DNA of 64,000 bases from Bugula neritina (taxonomy: Eukaryota; Animalia; Bryozoa). The position numbers were made by a program, and so were the translations under genes. This document shows, one piece after another, positions 49,657 through 62,386 of this stretch; the stretch's first letter is position 1, and each line of letters opens with the position of its first letter. Under the pieces are notes generated by a model, which saw nothing but the letters and a program-made list of their open reading frames with translations, had not been told where the DNA came from and ran no database searches. Where the stretch lies: NCBI GenBank assembly GCA_964035545.1, contig OZ037770.1:14994642-15058641 (forward strand). The letters run 5' to 3'.

Positions 49657-50576
49657 TATTTCCAATCAAGCACAAAAGTGATAGTCTTAAAAATACTTTG
49701 TGAGGACTTAATGGTTGTGTTTCGTAAAGGTCTACGGCTTGAACAATTATATCTAAGAAACTGTGATACCTTCCCATTTTCTATTTACTATAGAGATGAT
49801 AGTTTCCTGAGCTGTTCCATCGAGCTGTGTTGCATATTTTTTCTTCAATTGGTTGAATCATTCATTTAGTTAAAGCAGTTAATAGACAATAGCATTAACT
49901 AAGAAACATTATATGCAAAGCACCTTCAAACTCAAACTCCCTGATCCACATGTTGTTAACTTTAGTTTAATGCTAATGCAAAGCATTAAGGTGTTACTCA
50001 AAGATATTGCTTAATTATTTTGCAACTATGCCTAAAAAGCTAAAATATAGAATTTTTTTATTAAAATGCTGAGAGTTAGTGATGGGAATAATTACAAAGC
50101 AAAATTTATAAAAACAAAACTATTTTAATTGTCAAGTTTTTTGTTCAAATTTATTTTTGTTTCCTATGTTATTTAAGAAAAAGCTGTATTTGTGATTCAA
50201 AGAGTCAAAATGATTCAACCAAATGACATATTTAAATGACCTACTTACACAATGGCCTACTTACTCAATCAACTCATTTTTTGTAAAACTCCATAAACTT
50301 TGAAATTTGGCACTTCTTTTTGAGATAATTTTTAAACATTTTTGTTTTTGTTTTTTGTTTACTTCACAACTTGCAACTAAAACTGAAAAAAACATAATAA
50401 TTAATTTGAAATATTTGAGGAAAATTTTGAACTTGGACAAGTACTCTAGTTTGATAAAACGGCTCTTGTTTTTCAAATAAATCTGAAAGACTCAAAAAAA
50501 GTCTGTGACTTTTGCTAACAACCATTATTGAGCCTCTGAGTTAGTTTTCATGAAACTACTGTTTCTGTTTTAGAGT

Positions 50577-53500
50577 TCACCAAATCAGAATGTGTTATAA
50601 AAAAGCCTGTGTTCTATCATCTCGACTAGCCTTATACAAAGAAAATAAAGCTGTGCAGTTCCGTAGATGGGTGTCTGGATGGTGTATAGACAAGGTGCAA
50701 GAATAATATGACGTAATATGAGAATTGGAACTGCTCAACGCAAACTGTTTTGCAAAAAATCATCTAAAAGTCAACACAAGTAACATATAATGTTTTGCTA
50801 GTTGGTATATATAAATATTGTTTAATATTATTCAGGTTGCTAGAATTATTTTGGTAATGAAAAAAGGTTAGTTTAGAGAAACTGAAAATAGAAACTGTTG
50901 ACCTTGATAACTGTTCTACTTTTAACCAAAAATTCCTTCCCCAGGAGTCATGACATCAACATAATACTAAATTTTATTATTTCTGTTGACATTCACTTCA
51001 CTGCAAATATTTATTTAGTTTGAACCTAAATTTAGACAATATGGAGTCTAACAATTAAACTTGCTATGAGATGACGCTAAAACCATTGGCAATCCTCAAG
51101 TTTATACGCACCTTTCAGTAAAAGAATTTCACCTGCATGTCTGTCTTTTTTATTTTATGATGCAAAAGCGGAAAGAAGATTTAGTTTGGCAAAAGTCCTT
51201 GAAACCAGAATATCATTTGTATGCCAACTCGATAGACTCAGTTGTTTATTTATCTGAAGTATCATTCGGCAGCCAAAGTGGTCACTTGCTGTCACTGGAA
51301 CACATTTGTTGTCTTGTCTATTAATAGCAGGAAATTGAGGTGTCAAATCTTCACGAATAATTAAACTGATGCCAAATGGTGGTAGATGTTTCTCAATTAT
51401 TTAGACAGAAATATTATTGTTAATCTGTACTGCCAGCTTCCACTGTGTTAAAGTCAACACTGATGTATCTGTCAATGAAGTCATAGAGACTATACAGAGT
51501 GTTTAACAGCTCTCACAGCTAGGTTTCCCACCATGACTGTACATACTTGCGTAGAAACATGTATTGTAAGTACATTTTGTAAGTGCAAACCGTTATATAT
51601 CTACAGGTGCTTGTGTATACTAAAATTATATGTAAGTGTATTAACATATGTTTGTACCTACACAGCAAGTGACAGTGTACTTGCACTTTGAGTAAATGTA
51701 AGTACATGAACTGTATGTACATCAAATGTTAATTAGTATACAAATTATATATACAAATGACACAATTTTGTTTATTTTAAAAAATAAAACTTTGATTTGA
51801 AAAGCAGGGCACATATTGGACTGCACATTGTCACAATGTGTACCCGGACTTGCTGCAAAATTTAGTGAAATAAACAAAAATAAAACATACAAGAGTTTAT
51901 AGTTTGAAACAAGTTGATTGGTTAGACAACTATTAAAGCATCCTCCCATCTCCATCATGCTTAGGTATAGAGGGTGATAATAAAAATTGATAACTTTAAG
52001 CTACTCAATATATTTAAGCGTGCTTGCTGAAACAACTAAATGTTAGTGATATTTCTAAATACATCACCAGCATTATCTAACTAAAAGGCTTTAAAATCCA
52101 ATGACTTGATGTCATATCATATTTGCATTAGCAGTTTGAACTGTGATATGTTAGTTTTTTATGCAATTTTATTATGCAATTACAGTTCTTTACCCAATTA
52201 GCTTTTTCATTGGAAAATATATTGAAATTACACTTTTTTTTTAATTTTTGGCAGGCTTTATTTTCTTCCCCTGTCACAGTTTAACTGAAAGTTATAAAAA
52301 ATAGTGCATCCTTTCTATAACTTTTAGTTAAACTGTATATAAACAGCTGGCAATATGGCTTTTAACCAATAAAATTTGCTATTTTTGTGATCCATGACAT
52401 AAATGTTGTATTTTAAAATAAATTAAAATAGCCGACAGAAGTTATACCATCAATGGTATTGGTGTAATATAAAAGTATAACATAGCATAATATAATTTCA
52501 CCGGAACATTATAAATAACCAACTTAAACCGCTGGCCGCATAAAATAAATACAGTAAAACGTGAAATTATAAGTTAGAAATCTCAATGTAGAAAATATTT
52601 CCATATATAAAAGTTGGCGAGGTTGGTGTTCATTGAAGTAACAGGTGTCACAAAGTGTCAGACAGGTGCTTGTTTAACATGTTAGTGTGTTATTAGTGTT
52701 CATACACAAAGTACTGAATATAGCAAAGGCATACACAACTTCACTGCTAGTATAATTATAGTGAATAACAAAGTAGAGTTATAAAGTGCTTCTGTCTGGC
52801 ATGTATTGGCAGCTACTAGTTGAAGAAGCTGCTAAATGTAATGTAGTAATATGAATGGTAGTTGCAGGTGGAATGTGCAGCTGTGGTCTGAACAGTGCTT
52901 TGTCCTTGAACCTGCTTCATAGCCTGAGGACTAGGGCAGATGATGTGCAGTAGAGAGAGGTCTTGAGCACAGCTCTCAATTTCCTCTCCAGCCAACATGA
53001 AATCATCGTTTCTTTTAACGTATCCCATCCTAAAATAGTCATGAAACTGAATATATATGGTTTTAATAAGTAATTTCCATTTTAACCTAAAAGTTGCCAA
53101 ATATTCAACTGCATGTATAGACATTCACCAGCTGTGTGTACTTTTACAGCTGGATAAACTGTTCATTTTTACTTTTTTGCACACTTATTTTTTTGAAGAG
53201 TATTAAAGATTCCACACTGCACTTTGGCACAGCTCTGAAATTTGCATAGTGTTTCAGTTAGTAGAGTTTATATGCTTAAAAAGGCAAAAAAGACATTTTA
53301 TTTGTAACAATATTTTGAACCATATATAATTTATTCACTGCTTTCCAAAATTAAAATTACTGGTTAAGAAATCTACGTGGTTTTTGTTTGCACCGTAAAG
53401 CTAATCAACTAAAGCTACAAGCACAAGATTTTGAATGCTCTACATTTTATGCTTATTTGTTAGGTTAGAAAAAGGAAGTAGCACTAAGTATAAAAGTCTT

Positions 53501-53998
53501 TAGCTCATCAATGAATTAAATGTTTTGCACTTTTTAAAACCGACCTGTAAATTCTTTAATACTGCCTAATACAGAATTTTTTTGTATTTTATATTTTGGC
53601 AAAAGAGACAAAATATTGAGCTTTTAATAATATAAAACCAATAATCAAGTTGTATTTTGAACTCTGAACTGTGCTTTAATAGCTGTTACTCTAATCAATA
53701 AATAGCTTCTTACTTGTTTTTGAGAGAGTATAACTCTAAATGTAGCTTGAAAATCTTCTAGAAAAAGATTGAATCTTGCAGCTGATCGTCAAACTGAAAC
53801 TGATTCTACCTGAGCCACCATCTCCTTATATAGTCGGTTAATCCACTGCATACAATACCATCTGGATTATGCAGAAGTGTATTGTTATTGCCAACAACTG
53901 TATAACAAACATTCCTATTGTATAGAGATTGTTTTTTGTCACTTCAGAACGCCATAATTTGCCGTCTGTTAAGGAGTTATTAATCACATGACCAATGA
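50577..53998 (-). pseudogene. Inverted, order-permuted copy of the degenerate gene at 55660-59335
   Basis: 50577-~51640 is the reverse complement of ~56702-55660, and 52272-53998 is the reverse complement of 59335-57855. Duplicate ORFs appear in the track (MTPQFPAINR..., MGYVKRNDDF...). Confidence 0.7.
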
Positions 53999-54373
53999 CT
54001 GGTGCATTATGGGTAGTTATAATTGCCTCTTGCATGTATCTGTACACTCTACGTTATACAATGTCAAAGAAAAAATGTAAAAAGTGTGAAAGAAGAGAAC
54101 TTTAGTTTGCTAAAGCAAACTAAAATATTCTTTTACAACAGAGCCTATTAAATTTAATTAGAAATTAAAAAAGAAAATACAAGAAATTGTCTTCGTGAGG
54201 CTGTTTTGGTAAATGAAAAACGGGTGACATGTAGTTTGATAAATATTAATGGGCTTATTTACAGGTATTATATTTTACAGTTGCTGGATTTGTTTACCTA
54301 ATAAAATTATTTAAAATATTTGAAATATATCACAAATTATATGTGTGTGTACTGTTTCTGGTAAAATTGACAC

Positions 54374-54576
54374 AGGTAATAATGGCACAAGTGGCAAAGT
54401 AGATAAAAAATTTCAATATTAGGGTTTGTGTTTGGGGTTTGGGATTTGTAATGAGGGTTTAATGGTTGGAGGTTTAGGTTTGGGGTTTGGATTTGGGGTT
54501 TAGGTTTGGGGTTTGGGAAAATTTAACATCAGTTTGCCATTGTTACCTATACTTTCCATTTGTGCCATTATTACCT
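54374..54576. mobile_element. MITE-like element with ~30-bp TIRs and internal GGGGTTT repeats
   Basis: AGGTAATAATGGCACAAGTGG ... CCATTTGTGCCATTATTACCT. A related diverged copy lies at ~56975-57170 in the same orientation. Confidence 0.65.
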
Positions 54577-55024
54577 AAAGTCCTGTGTACATCAAAAGAT
54601 ATGCTATATATTTATAGAACTTATGCTGTAACAGTTTCTTGTGCGTTTACTTTTTTCATTTATCATGAAATAATAGTTGGTATTTGTTTGAATAGACTAG
54701 AATGCATATTGAAAAATAAGGCTACATTATTGTTATCTTGTAAAAAAGCTGTAAGTCTATTTTCTAACCACTGGGAATTGATATTGACCTTCTCCACAAG
54801 TTTTGCTGTCACAAATAATTTTACATTAATATATTATTGTATTGGAAAATTAAAACAGCTTTTTTGTTTATTCACAAGAAGCTAACCTTAGAAGCTAATA
54901 TAGCTCATGCTCTTTTGTTTGCTTGTTTTGCAATACTATTAAGTTTAAAACAGAAGGAAAAGTGAAAAGAGTTGAAAGACATTGTTGAGAAGGTCTGTAG
55001 CTAGTTATAATACTATATGTAACA

Positions 55025-55200
55025 CTAAGTGACACCAGGTGACACCAAGTGAGTCAAGGTGACACCAGGTGACACCAGGTGACACCAAGTGACACCAGGT
55101 GACACCAAGTGAGTCAAGGTGACACCAAGTGACACCAGGTGAGTCAAGGTGAGACCAAGCAACATCAGGTGACACCATGAGAGAGGATGTGAGACTAGGT
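55025..55200. repeat. 10-bp minisatellite (GTGACACCAR)n
   Basis: About 17 imperfect copies. Confidence 0.88.
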
Positions 55201-55659
55201 AAGTCATAGTACTATATAAACACTAGCATTTAAATAACTTGATAGTTTTGTGCTCAACTAATTAAAAACAGCTCAAAACTGGGTGCTAATATTTCAGCAA
55301 TTCAACATACACATTTCTCACATTCTGCTTGCCAGGATACCTAAAGTAGAACAGGACAGGAAAATGGGTCAAAAAGATAATCTTCTCTTTGTATTCTGCA
55401 AACATCCGCTTGTCAAATAGAGTTATTGTTTATTTATTTTAAGTTTATGATATTACAAATGTTTTGCACAATATCCGTGATTGTTTATTCTGTACTGAGA
55501 TGAAGATCCATTGATTGTGACAATATAGCATTGAAATGTATATCCGTTTCATAAGTAGGCTATAACAAATATTTTAAAAATGTATATTGCTCAAGTTTTA
55601 AAGAATCTTTTGCTGTGTAAACCCATGGTAAGTGTAGTGTTAGGTGTTAGGTAAACCCA

Positions 55660-58600
55660 TATAATTTATGGTTTACATAGGCGCCTGTAGATATACTGTG
55701 TTTACACACTTACATGATACACTTACAGTGCAGCATGTTTCTACACATGCACTTACAGTGATGGTGGGAAACCTAGCTGTGAGAGCTGTTGAACACTCTG
55801 CATAGTTTCTATGACTTCATTGACAGATACATCAGTGTTGACTTTAACACAGTGGAAGCTGGCAGTACAGATTAACAATAATATTTCTGTCTAAATAATT
55901 GAGAAACATCTACCACCATTTGGCATCAGTTTAATTATTCGTGAAGATTTGACACCTCAATTTCCTGCTATTAATAGACAAGACAACAAATGTGTTCCAG
56001 TGACAGCAAGTGACCACTTTGGCTGCCGAATGATACTTCAGATAAATAAACAACTGAGTCTATCGAGTTGGCATACAAATGATATTCTGGTTTCAAGGAC
56101 TTTTGCCAAACTAAATTCTCTTTCCGCTTTTGCATCATCAAATAAAAAAGACAGACATGCTGGTGAAATTCTTTTACTGAAAGGTGCATATAAACTTGAG
56201 GATTGCCAATGGTTTTAGCGTCATCTCATAGCAAATTTGATTGTCAGACGCCATATTGTCTAAATTTAGGTTCAAGCTAAATAAATATTTGCAGTGAAGT
56301 GAATGTCAATAGAAATAATAAAATTTGATAATATTTTGGTATTGTGACTCCTGTGGAAGGAATTTTTGGTTAAAAGTGGAACAGTTATCAAGGTCAACAA
56401 TTTCTATTTTCAGTTTCTCTAAACTAACCTTTTTCATTAACAAAATAATTCTAGCAACCTGAATAATATTAAACAATATTTATATATACCAACAAACAAA
56501 ACACTATATTACTTTTAGATGATTTTTTGTAAAACAGTTTGCGTTGAGCAGTTCCAATTCTCATATTACGTCATATTATTCTTGCACCCTGTCTATACAC
56601 CATCCAGACACCCATCTACGGAACTGCTCGGCTTTATTTCCTGTGTATAAGGCTAGTCGAGATGATAGAACACAGGCTTTTATAACACACTCTGATTTGG
56701 TGAAATTTGAAGCAGAAATAGCATTTTTTTCTCCGAAAGAGTTATGCCTTTTAAAAGTATAGCTTAACGAAACTGTACCAGTCAACTAAAAATACAATAA
56801 AGGTGAGTAAAGAGTGACTGCATGGCATCGTTAGTGTGTTTAGTTTATAGTATACTTGATAGTAGCTTAAAGCTCTGGTTACATCAAATCTATCGATATG
56901 TTAAAGCTATGACTATTACATTTGTAATAGCTATAAATCTATTTTGATACATAAAATTTAACTATTCCTGTGTCAGATAAAAATGGCACAGGTGAAAATG
57001 GCAGTAATGCAAAAATAACTAAAACTGGCACATTTTCAACACTTGGGGTTTGAGTTTGAGTTTGGGGTTTGAGTTTGGGAAAATTCAACAGCGGTTGTGC
57101 CATTAATCTACAAAAACATATTATTTCCATCCAGTTGTTACCATTTTGTGTGCCTTCATATGCACCTGAAGTTATAATAGATGAATAACTATCTTTAAAA
57201 TGCCAGGTATTGTTTGAAGGATATAATAAAACAATAAGTGTGATAAAGTCATGATTATTTCCAATATATACCTGGTATTCTTTTGTAAACAATTACTGCT
57301 AGCTGTTAATTCATACTAAATGGGAAAATAAGCTCACCAGAAATGTTACAACATGCTTGCTTTATAGCAGGTGTAGGAGTTACAGGGTGTACAAGTTATA
57401 GATTGAAACAATGGTGCACTAAAGATAAGCTACAACTAATACATATAATAATCTTCGATAACAATGTATTAATAATGTATAGTAACTATAGATTATCTTA
57501 AAAATATTCTTCATCTTATACTGTAATTAGGAAAAGAATCTATCATTTGTAAATCGTACTGCTTACAAAAAGAACACTTAACTTTCATTTTCATTTATTT
57601 ATAATTTTCTATTTACTAAATAATAACTTCATTGCAATTATTTCAACAGTAAACTACGATACTACAATTCAATAGCAATTTTGAGGGAAGATTATAGACA
57701 TCTTAGTCTGCTTGACGTAGGCAAGAAATGTCTGACTATATTATACACAGCTCTTTTTGTTCAGATTTCATCAAAAAAGGGGTTAAATAGACAAATGTAA
57801 TAGCAGATCCTTCATTCAGTAGCGACAATGCACATCCGCTTTCCATGCACCAGCCATTGGTCGTGTGATTAATAACTCCTTAACAGACGGCAAATGGCAT
57901 ATTGAAGTGACAAAAAACAATCTCTATACAATAGGAATGTTTGTTATACAGTTGTTGGCAATAACAATACACTTCTGCATAATCCAGATGGTATTGTATG
58001 CAGTGGATTAACCGACTATATAAGGAGATGGTGGCTCAGGCAGAATCAGTTTCAGTTTGACAGATCAGCTGCAAGGTTCAACATTTTCTAGAAGATTTTC
58101 AAGTTGCATTTGGAGTTATACTCTCTCAAAAACAAGTAAGGAGCTATTTATTGATTAGAGTAACAGCTATTAAAGTATAATTGAATACTGCCTAACAGTG
58201 CAGAGTACAAAATACAACTTGATTATTGGTTTTATGGTGCGGTATGAAAGACTCAATAATTTTCGTATATTGGTTCTACCCAAAAATAAAACTATCATAA
58301 ATTGCTTTATTAATCTAAGAAAGTTTTAGATTTTAGTTGGTTTTTCAAAAAAATATAATAACTTTATAAGTAGTTTTTTAAATTTTCAAATTTTAGTGCC
58401 ACAAACTTTAGTCTTAAACAGAGGTAGATAAATTCCATTTTTCAGCCTTATAATTATATTTTTCTTTACATTCAGAATTAGTGAAAAACTTATATATGTT
58501 TCAATATCTTTGTGACATAAATTCTTTCCTTTTTAAGCATGTAAACTCCACCAACTAAAATGCTATGCAAATTTCAGAACCGTGCCAAAATTTCTTGATA

Positions 58601-59335
58601 AATTCTTTTATAACCCTCCAAAAATTAAGTGTGAAAAAGTAAAACTAAAGAATTTATCCAGCTGTAAAAGTACACACAGCTGGTGAATGTCTATACATGC
58701 AGTTGAATATTTGGCAACCTTTAGGTTAAAAATGTAAATTGCTTATTAAAAATATATGTGTTCAGTTTCATGACTATTTTAGGATGGGTTACGTTAAAAG
58801 AAATGATGATTTCATGTTGGCTGGAGAGGAAATTGAGAGCTGTGCTCAAGACCTCTCTCTACTGCACATCATCTGCCCTAGTCCTCAGGCTATGAAGCAG
58901 GTTCAAGGACAAAGCACTGTTCAGACCACAGCTGCACATTCCACCTGCAACTACCATTCATATTACTACATTACATCTAGCAGCTTCTTCAACTAGTAGC
59001 TGCCAATACATGCCAGACAGAAGCACTCTATAACTCTACTTTGTTAATTTGATAATGTTTTTACTGTATTTATTTTAAGCTGCTTTACCAGTAGTTTAAG
59101 TTGGTGTTTTATAATGTTCCGGTGAATTTGTATTCTGCTTTATTACACTTTTATAGTACATAGATTTCTGTCTGATAATATATTAAATATCTGTTTATTT
59201 TTAAAATACAGCATAAATAACATGGATCACAAAACTAGTGACTTTTACTATTTTCACTCATTTATTCACCAGGACTGCATGCAGTACAGCAAATACAATT
59301 GCCTCATCTCTATAACTTTCAGTTAAACTGTGGCA
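55660..59335 (+). pseudogene. Degenerate multi-exon gene of unknown family (possibly lectin-like)
   Basis: Exon-like blocks at ~55759-56218, ~56538-56699, 57887-58039 and 58783-58996, each preceded by a pyrimidine-AG acceptor. Several substitutions versus the inverted copy are synonymous in one frame. In-frame stops and a probable frameshift are present. Confidence 0.45.
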
Positions 59336-60015
59336 TGCAAGAGTGAGAAAACTGTAAGCAATGCAAACCCCAGTGTGTTAACACGAATACACAGTTAACA
59401 TAGCGTGGTAATGTTACACCAGCTCTGATAGGACACTGAGGAGGGTGAAGCCACACCAACACTATGTTTATATAGATGGTGAAGGACAGGCATTGGCCAG
59501 ATGTGGAGAGGTGGGCGGAGTTAATGCACGTAGGTCAAAGAGCAAAGAAAGGGAAAGAAAGAACTACGTTATCACAGTAGCAGCTTCAAACTGTATGATG
59601 ATGCAAAGAAGCAATCAGGAAATAGCAAATGTGTGAACATTTTCTATATTCTATGTTTGTAATATTATTATATTGCTTTTAGTCGCAATAGAAATGATTT
59701 ATTGAAGTTGATTAAATTGTTAATTTCATAGCAGTTGATTGGCAGGCTGAACGCATCATTATATGTGGAAAAACAACTCCAAAAGAGTAAATGACACAAA
59801 TACACTAAACGGAAATATAGTCATTTTTTCCAGTTTATCAACTATATAAAAAATCATGCAAAAGTCAAGACTGGTTGACTACAAGAAATACAAAAGCCAC
59901 GTTGATCAAACTTGTCTACAAACCTTTCTAAATTTAAATAATTTGAATTATTTTAGAAAAGCTAATGTTAAAGCCAGTGTTATATATAGCCTGTGCCCAA
60001 GGAACCAATAATAAG

Positions 60016-61956
60016 TCAAGGGTCACCTCTCAACTTCAGTTTATCTAAGGCTATTCTCATTGCCTCAATCTCGATGTGAGTGACTTTGCAGCATCCACCT
60101 ATAATCTTAGCACCGTTCCTCACACAAGATGATACAAATGATTCGATATTCGAGAGCTTCGTATCAGCGTCCCAACCTTTCCCACTCTTCCAAAAACCTC
60201 CACTAAAAAGGCAATAGAAAATTTTAGAAACTAGACTGAGTTTCATTGCTGACAGAAAGACGGGGACGGTGACAAACCAACCTGTTAGGGTAGACAATGA
60301 AAGGTTTCTTGTCTCTATATACTTGAAGTGATAGAAGAAGAGACTCCACTAAGTCAGGGGCCACACAGTTCACCCCGACATGCGTTATCTGATCACAGTC
60401 TATGCCAGACTTCACGGCATCTACTAGCAGCTCACCATGCGAAGTGTGCAAACCATCCTACACAACAGAGGAGACAACTGCAAAATACAGATGACAACTT
60501 AGTATAGCACAAGTATTTAGAATAGAGGAAAAAAGATTATTTGATAAAGTAAAATAAATGAAAAATAGAAAAAATGTAATGATTAGAAAGACAACATTCT
60601 CTATTCTAGATAGCCAAACATTTTCAGCTTCTTTATTGCCGTTTAATATTATACAGACTGCTTGGGAAAGACAACTCTATAGTGAGCCTGGTATGTAAAG
60701 CTGAACAAAATATTAGAGTTATCTTCTCACAAAAACTGGCATCATAGAGAGAGATAACAATCCCAAATAATATACATTGGAGAACAGCAGCAATGCAAGT
60801 CTTGCAGTATACTGAAATAAACTCTTCGTACAAAGTTAGAGTAAAAGCCTGAGCACATTTCCCTACCTTACATGTAAAAGAGAGCCAGGCTTTCTGCTGA
60901 GGGAACTCCTGTTGGAGGAGCTGCACCAACGCCTCGCCCTCCTTAGCTCCTGGTATCGTCTCAAAGGCAAACATGTCCACTCCGGCCTCTGACAAAGCCT
61001 ACAGAACAGCACGTCTCGACTACAACAAGTTTACTAACATACTGAGAGGGAAGGAGAGAGGGAGAGAGGGAGAGTTCCGTCTCACCTGGAGCCGAGGTCT
61101 ATGCCAGTCCATGAGCTGCCGCACAGTCATGCTGTCTAGGTAATCACCTGTGTACTCCGATCCATCATGCTGACACGCCCCATAAGGTCCAATAGAGCCG
61201 GCAATAGACCTTTACAAACACACAACTTCCGGTTTAATATTGCAACACAATAATTTCAAACTCCGGGTGCACAAAACTCTAACACATAACAAAAGTAGGC
61301 AAAAGTGTGAATTCCCAACCCATGATCCAACAACTTACACACTGCGTCCGGTATCTCTTTCACACTCCTCAACTAGAGGCTTGACTAATTTAGTTACAGA
61401 TTCCTGAATATATTGAAGAGTTTTCTCCCCTGACAGGCTGAGATAATCTCTAAATCCTTCGATAGATACCTGGTAAGTATTCGTTTCAAGAATATCTGCA
61501 CCGGCTTTCAAAAACTGTTGGTGTGCATCTGCAATTTAGTAATTATAGTACCATAATGTGCTTGAATTGCATCAAAGTTTGAAGCATTAGCTTTATAATA
61601 AGTTAATATTTTAGATAATACAAAATGAAAACAATTTATGATCAAGTAAAACTGGAGACCTGCTCACTTAAACACTGAATGACCTTGACCTGCTGGATGA
61701 CTAATTGAAATGACTCACTTTGAATAGCTGTATGACTCACTTTAAATGAAAGTATGACTCAGTAGAACATTGAATGACTCACTTTGAATGGCTGTATGAC
61801 TCACTTTAAATGGCTGTATGACTCACTTTGAATGGCTGTAGGATCGGTGTGAAGAAGACGAGCGCTCCATAAAGGATCAGAGTCGATCGATGAGTATCCA
61901 TTGGCTACAAGTTGCGAAGCTAGTCCACCATCTAATATTTTACAAATGCCATCCAT
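60016..61956 (-). CDS. Homocysteine S-methyltransferase (MmuM/YbgG-type), 6 exons
   Basis: Exons 61956-61827, 61528-61339, 61209-61086, 60998-60867, 60457-60282, 60202-60016. Motifs [60 protein letters not shown], Zn ligands GVNC and IGGCC, VYPNSG. Confidence 0.95.
61711..61840 (-). repeat. 22-bp tandem repeat spanning the methyltransferase exon 1 splice donor
   Basis: Minus-strand unit TACAGCCATTCAAA|GTGAGTCA, about 6 copies. The first is the functional junction at 61827/61826. Confidence 0.88.
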
Positions 61957-62282
61957 TTTATTTCTTTTCTAATAATGAATTGTAAATTACATATTTCTCA
62001 ACATAATTTTGTAATTCATAAAACTGCAGCTAATGGACGTGAATATTATTATAGCAATTTTAAATATTGAACTTTCAAAGAAAATTACTTTTGACGTTAC
62101 CTTGTTCAATCTTAATTTAAAATTAACTTTATCGTAATTACATATTTTATCTTATAGTGCCTAGAATGACAATTGATTTTTAAGCATTTCGAAGATTTGG
62201 TAAACTTTTGAGATTTTGAGACTTATATCATTATAATAACTATAAGGCTAACCATTTGAAACAGGAAATGTCAATGTTATTG

Positions 62283-62386
62283 AAAAATAATTGCCCCCAC
62301 TGAGAATCGAACCCGAGACCTCTGGCTCGCAAGCAAGTGTGCTAACCATTACACCACGGGGACCACTGGGTAAACTCAACACTACA
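62283..62386 (-). mobile_element. Best-preserved tRNA-derived dispersed element with conserved 5' leader and oligo-T end
   Basis: Minus strand: leader TGTAGTGTTGAGTTTACCCAGTG, then GTCCCCG TGGTGTAATGGTTAGCAC ... GGGTTCGATTCTC AG TGGGGGCA ATTATTTTT. The anticodon arm is imperfect. Confidence 0.75.

Noticed and set aside
54420-54518. Telomere or interstitial telomeric array
   Set aside because: Units are irregular GGGGTTT rather than TTAGGG and are enclosed by inverted termini.
55759-55895. Stop-codon readthrough or selenocysteine in the degenerate gene
   Set aside because: The equivalent stop is TGA in one copy and TAA in the other, a second stop is TAA in both, and indels are present; ordinary decay is simpler.
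62292-62363. Functional tRNA gene
   Set aside because: The anticodon stem is mispaired with a 6-nt loop, and there are several diverged dispersed copies; treated as a tRNA-derived repeat.
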